From an uncultured archaeon (GTDB taxonomy: Archaea; Asgardarchaeota; Lokiarchaeia; Sigyniarchaeales; SOKP01), in NCBI GenBank assembly GCA_964583985.1, contig CAZOYD010000008.1:1-64000 (forward strand): a stretch of DNA of 64,000 nucleotides, read 5' to 3'. Each line of letters begins with the position of its first letter. Within the stretch, counting starts at the first letter, position 1. The notes under the pieces were generated by a model that did not search any database, was not told the origin of the DNA, and was given only the letters and a program-made list of their open reading frames with translations. The position numbers and the translations under genes were made by a program. Below are positions 58,593-64,000 of the stretch, piece by piece.

Positions 58593-60011
58593 ATGATTAG
58601 GGATATTAAACTCGCGATGGAGAACGTGCAAAAAGGCATTAATAAAGCGAAAAATTGTCCATATCGGCCTAAATATCACTTTTTACCTCCCGCATATTGG
58701 ATGAATGATCCAAATGGTCCAGTTTTCTATGAGAATGAATACCACATATTTTATCAACACAATCCATATAAAGATAATTTCGCACAAAATGAGTGGTGGG
58801 ACATATCTTGGGGTCATGCTAAAAGCAGTGATCTTGTCCATTGGGAACATCTACCAATCGCACTAATGCCTTCTCACGAAAAAGGTGAGGATGGATGTTG
58901 GTCGGGTGCGTGCGTAATTAATAATGGCATGCCAACTATCATTTATACAAGTGTGAGTAAAAAAAATTCTCCTCACGATTATGCAGAACTATGGATGGCA
59001 CATAGTAAGGATAGGATGATAACCTGGGATAAATATGTGAATAACCCAATTTTAACTCCGGGACAGAATTCTTCATATAAAATCCATGATTGGAGAGATC
59101 CTCATGTCTGGAAAGAAGAAAACAAGTGGTACATGATAATGGGAGGGCATGAGCATAAATCTCCCACTCAGAGTCATGGGATTGTTTTGATCTATGAATC
59201 TACAGATTTAATCAAATGGTATCTAAAAGGAAGTTTATGTAAAGGAACTCGTATTCAAGGAAGGGGTTGGGAATGTCCCAATCTTTTTTCATTAGGAGAA
59301 AACCATGTGTTAATAGTATCTCCCTTTAAAGAAGTGATTTATAGTGTTGGGACATATAAATCGAATAAGTTTTTACCAGGTCCTTGGAGAATTTTTGATC
59401 ACGGTAAATGCTTCTATGCTACGAATACGATGTTAGATGATAAAAAGAGAAGACTTGTATGGGGTTGGATTAAAGGAGGAGGTACAGGTGGCTGGAATGG
59501 TTGCCTTAGCTTGCCCCGAATCTTAAACTTGGAGAAAAAAAATAATTTAAGCATTAAACCGGCTATTGAACTTCAAGAGCTGAGAAAATCACACCTAGAA
59601 TTTGAAAACCTTCAATTACTTGAAGATTCACCTCTTTTTCTTGGAAAATTTCCAGAATTGACTTTAGAGATTATTGCTGAATTTGAATTCTCTGGAAATG
59701 AAATATTTGGATTTAATATCTTTCTCGACGAACAAAATAATGGAGAAAAAATCGAATTTGACTCCATAAGATCTAAAATTACCGTCGGTAATGAAAAAGG
59801 GACCCTCAACATTCAAGAATCGAACAAGAGCATTGCTTTTCACATTTTTATCGATAGATCGGTTATCGAGATATTCATTAACTATCATGAGTGCATTTCA
59901 AGTAGAATATTTCCCAAAAATGATGCATCAAATGGTTTTAGTCTTTTTTCAAAGCAAGGTTCATTAACTCTCAAGAAAATGAATATTTGGACTATTGAAA
60001 CGATTTGGTAA
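58593..60011 (+). CDS. GH32 beta-fructofuranosidase / sucrose hydrolase
   Basis: [30 protein letters not shown]. No signal peptide. Confidence 0.95.
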   Translation: MIRDIKLAMENVQKGINKAKNCPYRPKYHFLPPAYWMNDPNGPVFYENEYHIFYQHNPYKDNFAQNEWWDISWGHAKSSDLVHWEHLPIALMPSHEKGEDGCWSGACVINNGMPTIIYTSVSKKNSPHDYAELWMAHSKDRMITWDKYVNNPILTPGQNSSYKIHDWRDPHVWKEENKWYMIMGGHEHKSPTQSHGIVLIYESTDLIKWYLKGSLCKGTRIQGRGWECPNLFSLGENHVLIVSPFKEVIYSVGTYKSNKFLPGPWRIFDHGKCFYATNTMLDDKKRRLVWGWIKGGGTGGWNGCLSLPRILNLEKKNNLSIKPAIELQELRKSHLEFENLQLLEDSPLFLGKFPELTLEIIAEFEFSGNEIFGFNIFLDEQNNGEKIEFDSIRSKITVGNEKGTLNIQESNKSIAFHIFIDRSVIEIFINYHECISSRIFPKNDASNGFSLFSKQGSLTLKKMNIWTIETIW

Positions 60012-60043
60012 ATTTTTTTTTACCTTTTCCATTTACACTTAAT

Positions 60044-61807
60044 ATGAAAAATGAAGAAATATGGAAGCCTATTAAAGATCAATTATTAACTCGATGGGCA
60101 AAAGATATTGATCCAAATCAACCACTTCCAGAATATCCGCGTCCTCAATTGGAGCGTGATGAATGGCTTAATTTAAATGGACTTTGGGATTATAAAATTT
60201 CTTCGAAAGATGCAACTGATGTTACTAATTATGATGGTAAGATTCTCGTTCCTTATCCTATTGAGTCCGCATTATCCGGTGTTGGAACAAAATTGAAACC
60301 TACTCAAAAATTGTGGTATCATCGAATTTTTTACCTTGCTGAAAATTGGAAAGAAAAAGAGATATTACTGCACTTTGGAGCTGTCGATTGGGTAACCAAT
60401 GTCTGGATAAATGGAAAAAAAATAGGAGATCATAAAGGAGGATATACCCCCTTTGAATTTGAAATTACCACTAGCTTGCGTAAGGGAGAAAATGAGATAA
60501 CCATTAGTGTTTGGGACCCTACTGATAAGGGCAAGCAAGAACATGGAAAACAATCTTTAAAACCTAAAAGTATCTTTTATACCGCCATATCTGGGATTTG
60601 GCAAACAATATGGCTCGAACCCGTACCAAAAACATATATAAAAGATTATTTCCTCACACCTGATATTGATGATGAATCAATTACTATTGAAACAAAGGTT
60701 GCTAAACCAGAACATGATGATATACTAGAAATAATAATTTATGATGAAAATTATCAACAATTAACATCCCACATGAGCAAGATCAATGAAAAATTTAGAA
60801 TAAGCATTGAATCACCGCGATTGTGGACTCTCGATGATCCCTATCTTTATAAAATTCTTCTCAGAATTAAAAGAGGTCATAATATAATTGATGAAATTGA
60901 TGGTTATTTTGGAATGAGAAAGATATCCCTCTCTAAAGGAAAAGATGGAATCTTTCGAATTGAATTAAATAATACATTTTTATTTCAATATGGAACATTA
61001 GATCAAGGATATTGGCCTGATGGGCTTTACACCGCCCCAACTGATGACGCACTTAAATACGACATTCAAATTACAAAACAACTTGGGTTCAACATGATTC
61101 GAAAGCACGTAAAAGTAGAACCCGCACGATGGTATTATTATTGTGATATAATCGGGATATTGGTATGGCAAGACATGCCAAATGGAGGAGTAACCGATAT
61201 TAGCAATCAACCCGTTAATATTAATAAATACCAGACAAAACGCGAGGAGTCTGATAAATTAAACTACTATAAAGAACTTGAAACAATGATTTGTAAATTG
61301 TATAATTTTCCTTCGATAATTGTTTGGGTTCCATTTAACGAAGGATGGGGTCAATTTGATACTGAATTAGTAACCGAAAGGATAAAACAGTTAGATCCTC
61401 ATCGTCTTATCGATTCAGCAAGTGGATGGTACGACCATGGAATAGGCGATATCTATGATATACATCGATACCCTAATCCCCTCTTTCCTGATATCAATAA
61501 AGCTAAATCTCGAGCTCTTGTAGTGGGAGAATTCGGAGGTCTTGGCTTAGAAGTCGAAAATCACATGTGGACTACTTCTGAAAAGTTTGTCTACAGAAGT
61601 TTTTCTGATTCTGCTAAATTAACTAAAAGATATAAGAGATTGATCGAAAAAATCAAAACATTAATAGAAAATGGGTTAAGTGCAGCTATTTATACTCAAA
61701 TTACCGATGTTGAGGGAGAAGTCAACGGTTTGCTATCTTATGATCGTGAGATTATTAAAATAGATCGAAATCGCTTACGTGAATTAAATTTGAGTTTATA
61801 TAAGTAA
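60044..61807 (+). CDS. GH2 glycoside hydrolase
   Basis: [50 protein letters not shown]. Probable ATG at 60044. Confidence 0.92.
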   Translation: MKNEEIWKPIKDQLLTRWAKDIDPNQPLPEYPRPQLERDEWLNLNGLWDYKISSKDATDVTNYDGKILVPYPIESALSGVGTKLKPTQKLWYHRIFYLAENWKEKEILLHFGAVDWVTNVWINGKKIGDHKGGYTPFEFEITTSLRKGENEITISVWDPTDKGKQEHGKQSLKPKSIFYTAISGIWQTIWLEPVPKTYIKDYFLTPDIDDESITIETKVAKPEHDDILEIIIYDENYQQLTSHMSKINEKFRISIESPRLWTLDDPYLYKILLRIKRGHNIIDEIDGYFGMRKISLSKGKDGIFRIELNNTFLFQYGTLDQGYWPDGLYTAPTDDALKYDIQITKQLGFNMIRKHVKVEPARWYYYCDIIGILVWQDMPNGGVTDISNQPVNINKYQTKREESDKLNYYKELETMICKLYNFPSIIVWVPFNEGWGQFDTELVTERIKQLDPHRLIDSASGWYDHGIGDIYDIHRYPNPLFPDINKAKSRALVVGEFGGLGLEVENHMWTTSEKFVYRSFSDSAKLTKRYKRLIEKIKTLIENGLSAAIYTQITDVEGEVNGLLSYDREIIKIDRNRLRELNLSLYK

Positions 61808-61817
61808 TGCTATTTAG

Positions 61818-63143
61818 TTATTTGAAGTTTGGGAGATATTTCTTTTGAACTTCACACATTTCCTCATATATCGCATCTGCCATTTTAAAACTCCCACAAT
61901 TTACATCAATAGCTAAACAAGCAATAGCAAGATCTTTTGATTCGGTTAGTATAGCTTCTACGCAAAGATCTTGAATGGATGCTTCAATTCTCAGTATTGC
62001 AGCAATATTTTTAGGTATTTTTCCTAATTTCACTCCGTGAAGCCCCTCTCTATTTACTGTAGCTGAACACTCAATGATTAAATCTTGAGGTAGGTTCTCA
62101 ATGATTCCATCATTCGGGATGTTAACTGCCATCTCGTATGAATTGGAATCTTCTAATATTGCTTCAATTATAGGTATTGCTCTCTCTCCTGATGGATCTC
62201 TTGTAAACATTCCCTTTTTAGGATATTTTCCTTTTTCTATCCTTTTTAAATATCTCTTTATTCGCGCATTTACTCCCATGTTACCTTGATGCATTCTCGT
62301 GATCCAGTCAGTGAGGTCCTGGGCTGTGGTATATTGGGATCCTATTTGGAGATATTCACAGATATGATTATCACCCACGTAAGGAAACCATCCAAACCGC
62401 TTGTACACCTCGAATGTAAGATCAGCATAGTGGAATCGGTGCCATTTATCTTTGAAATACTCCATGCACTTTTGGTTGAATTCAGGTAACAAATCTGTTC
62501 CAGTCGCTATTTCTTTTAATCCAAGTAGAAACGCGAAATGATTTAGTCCTCCAGTGATTAACTGCATATCTTCAAGCCTTAGATTCATCATTTTAGACAA
62601 GTGTTCTCGCGTGAGTAATTCAATTTGATGACATAATCCGAACATTTTCAACTCAGGTAATTCTCTCTTAAGTGCTAAACATATTCTCGACATTGGATTG
62701 GAATAATTAATGAAAAAGGCATCGGGACAAATATCCATGACATCTCTTGCGATTCTTAATATTTCGGGAATCTGTCGTGCACTATGGAAAAAGCCTCCAG
62801 GGCCACCATTTTCGGCCATTCTTTCGGTTGATCCATGTTTTCTAGGGATTGTATTATCTTCCCATCGATGCTCAAACCTATCTCCATGCTCAATTGAGTT
62901 GATTACGAAATCAGCATCTTTTAAAGCTTCCTTGCGATCCATGGTCTTGAGTATATTAAACTTGTTACCAAGAGATTTATTATCAAAGGATACAACTTCA
63001 TAAACCCTATCTAACTTTTCTTTATCTGTATCAAGTAAAACGATGGTAGAACCTTCTAAAACGGAGGAAAGATTAAGATCAACCATTGTTGATGGTGTAA
63101 AAGCTGCACTACCAGCCCCAATTAGAACTAATTTTTTATCCAT
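61818..63143 (-). CDS. GH4 NAD+-dependent glycosidase, paralogue of 56054..57370
   Basis: IGAGS, ENGGPGG, INYSNPM, GLCH, GLNHF. Shares EVYKRFGWFPYVGDNH with the first GH4. ATG at 63143. Confidence 0.93.
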   Translation of the reverse strand: MDKKLVLIGAGSAAFTPSTMVDLNLSSVLEGSTIVLLDTDKEKLDRVYEVVSFDNKSLGNKFNILKTMDRKEALKDADFVINSIEHGDRFEHRWEDNTIPRKHGSTERMAENGGPGGFFHSARQIPEILRIARDVMDICPDAFFINYSNPMSRICLALKRELPELKMFGLCHQIELLTREHLSKMMNLRLEDMQLITGGLNHFAFLLGLKEIATGTDLLPEFNQKCMEYFKDKWHRFHYADLTFEVYKRFGWFPYVGDNHICEYLQIGSQYTTAQDLTDWITRMHQGNMGVNARIKRYLKRIEKGKYPKKGMFTRDPSGERAIPIIEAILEDSNSYEMAVNIPNDGIIENLPQDLIIECSATVNREGLHGVKLGKIPKNIAAILRIEASIQDLCVEAILTESKDLAIACLAIDVNCGSFKMADAIYEEMCEVQKKYLPNFK

Positions 63144-63229
63144 ACTTTTAAAAATATTTAACAATAATTATATTTTGCTTGCTTTTGATATCCCATAACT
63201 ATTAATAATTTCAATCCTTAAAATAAAAT

Positions 63230-64000
63230 ATGGGAAAGGCATTACAGTATGGATTAGTTGGCTATGGTCTTAATGGCGTGGAGCATGTTACTGAATTAGA
63301 GTCTTCTAAACTTCTAGGGCGTGCTAAATTAATTGCTGCCTATGATCCAAACCCTCAAGCACGTGAATATATTCAAAAATTAGATCAAGTAAAAGCTACA
63401 GAATCTTTTGAGGATCTCTTGGACATTCCCGAGCTTGAAGCCGTGATTATTTCCAGCCCACCCCAATTCCATGCTGATCAAACTGTTGCAGCTCTTGAAT
63501 CGGGATTACACGTGTATTCCGAAGTCCCAATGGCTTTAAATAAAAATGATGTTATCAGAATTATTGAAGCTGAAAAGCATTCAAACAATAAGTATCAATT
63601 AGGAGAGAATTATTGCTTTATTCCTGAAGTATTATATGCGGGGCATCTTTCTGCATCGGGTAAAATTGGGTCCGCTGTTTATTCAGAATCCGAATATCTT
63701 CATGATGTCACTTATCGATGGAGGGAAGGGGGTTTTGGGGATGAAAGTAAACCTAAAATTGATTCATGGTATCAATTATTTGATCCATTAATGTATGCCC
63801 ATTCTATAGGACCCGCTCAAGTTGCTTTAGCTGGAATTGAAAACCCTTCGCCATTTATTGAGGTCACCAGTTTTGCTAATGATATTGGAGGTTATAAAGG
63901 AAGTCCAATCAGTTCTCCTGCAAAAGCTTTTCAAGTTGGATTATTCAGAACAGAGACTGGGGCAATAGCTAAGTGTGCGAATGCTTATATCTTTGCAAGA
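63230..64000 (+). CDS. Gfo/Idh/MocA oxidoreductase, GH109-like (3'-truncated by window edge; not in ORF track)
   Basis: MGKALQYGLVGYGLNG, SSPPQFH, HVYSEVPMA, LGENYCF, SEYLHD, MYAHSIGP. Frame open to window end. Confidence 0.85.
   Translation, partial: MGKALQYGLVGYGLNGVEHVTELESSKLLGRAKLIAAYDPNPQAREYIQKLDQVKATESFEDLLDIPELEAVIISSPPQFHADQTVAALESGLHVYSEVPMALNKNDVIRIIEAEKHSNNKYQLGENYCFIPEVLYAGHLSASGKIGSAVYSESEYLHDVTYRWREGGFGDESKPKIDSWYQLFDPLMYAHSIGPAQVALAGIENPSPFIEVTSFANDIGGYKGSPISSPAKAFQVGLFRTETGAIAKCANAYIFAR

Noticed and set aside
523-63003. Many 60-160 aa ORFs nested in or antisense to long genes (e.g. 5325..5744, 28409..28885, 33748..34080, 35000..35296, 62710..63003)
   Set aside because: They overlap well-supported genes and have no motifs, as expected for shadow frames.
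1-64000. CRISPR array, rRNA, intact transposase or prophage
   Set aside because: No regularly spaced repeats, rRNA-like GC-rich stretches, or transposase, integrase or capsid ORFs were seen by eye.

Overview
AT-rich archaeal chromosomal segment, most likely from a Lokiarchaeia/Promethearchaeota (Asgard) genome. This is inferred from archaeal tRNAs with bulge-helix-bulge (BHB) introns, soluble multi-PAS histidine kinases, several geranylgeranyl-reductase paralogues, a TPR protein with a C-terminal winged helix, an ADP-forming acyl-CoA synthetase alpha subunit and a PAC2 proteasome chaperone. Positions 1-42 kb are mostly housekeeping and regulatory genes: two kinases, AfpA-type flavoprotein, polyferredoxin, a minimal SufCB/SMS Fe-S system, gatC, dUTPase, dodecin, thiolase, purE-rpiA-rpe and Hsp20. 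This half also holds a large membrane-anchored subtilase whose domain order resembles eukaryotic site-1 protease, two tRNA genes with D-arm introns (Ala-GGC, and Leu-TAA with two introns), a decaying toxin-antitoxin patch, and a duplicated 2TM + PadR-zinc-ribbon module flanking a DUF4332-transglutaminase gene. Positions 42.6-64 kb form a sugar-utilisation island. It contains a bacterial-type phosphorylative L-rhamnose pathway (GH78, RhaA, RhaB, class II aldolase, DeoR, GPH permease) with an aldehyde:ferredoxin oxidoreductase embedded in the rhaA operon and a recurring RTTAT-N8-ATAAY candidate operator. It also contains two GH4s, GH32, GH2 and a GH109-like enzyme. Three pseudogene remnants missing from the ORF track were found: a response regulator, a thiolase C-terminus and a VapC. 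No CRISPR array, rRNA or intact transposase was seen. All family calls come from motif recognition by eye; no searches were run.
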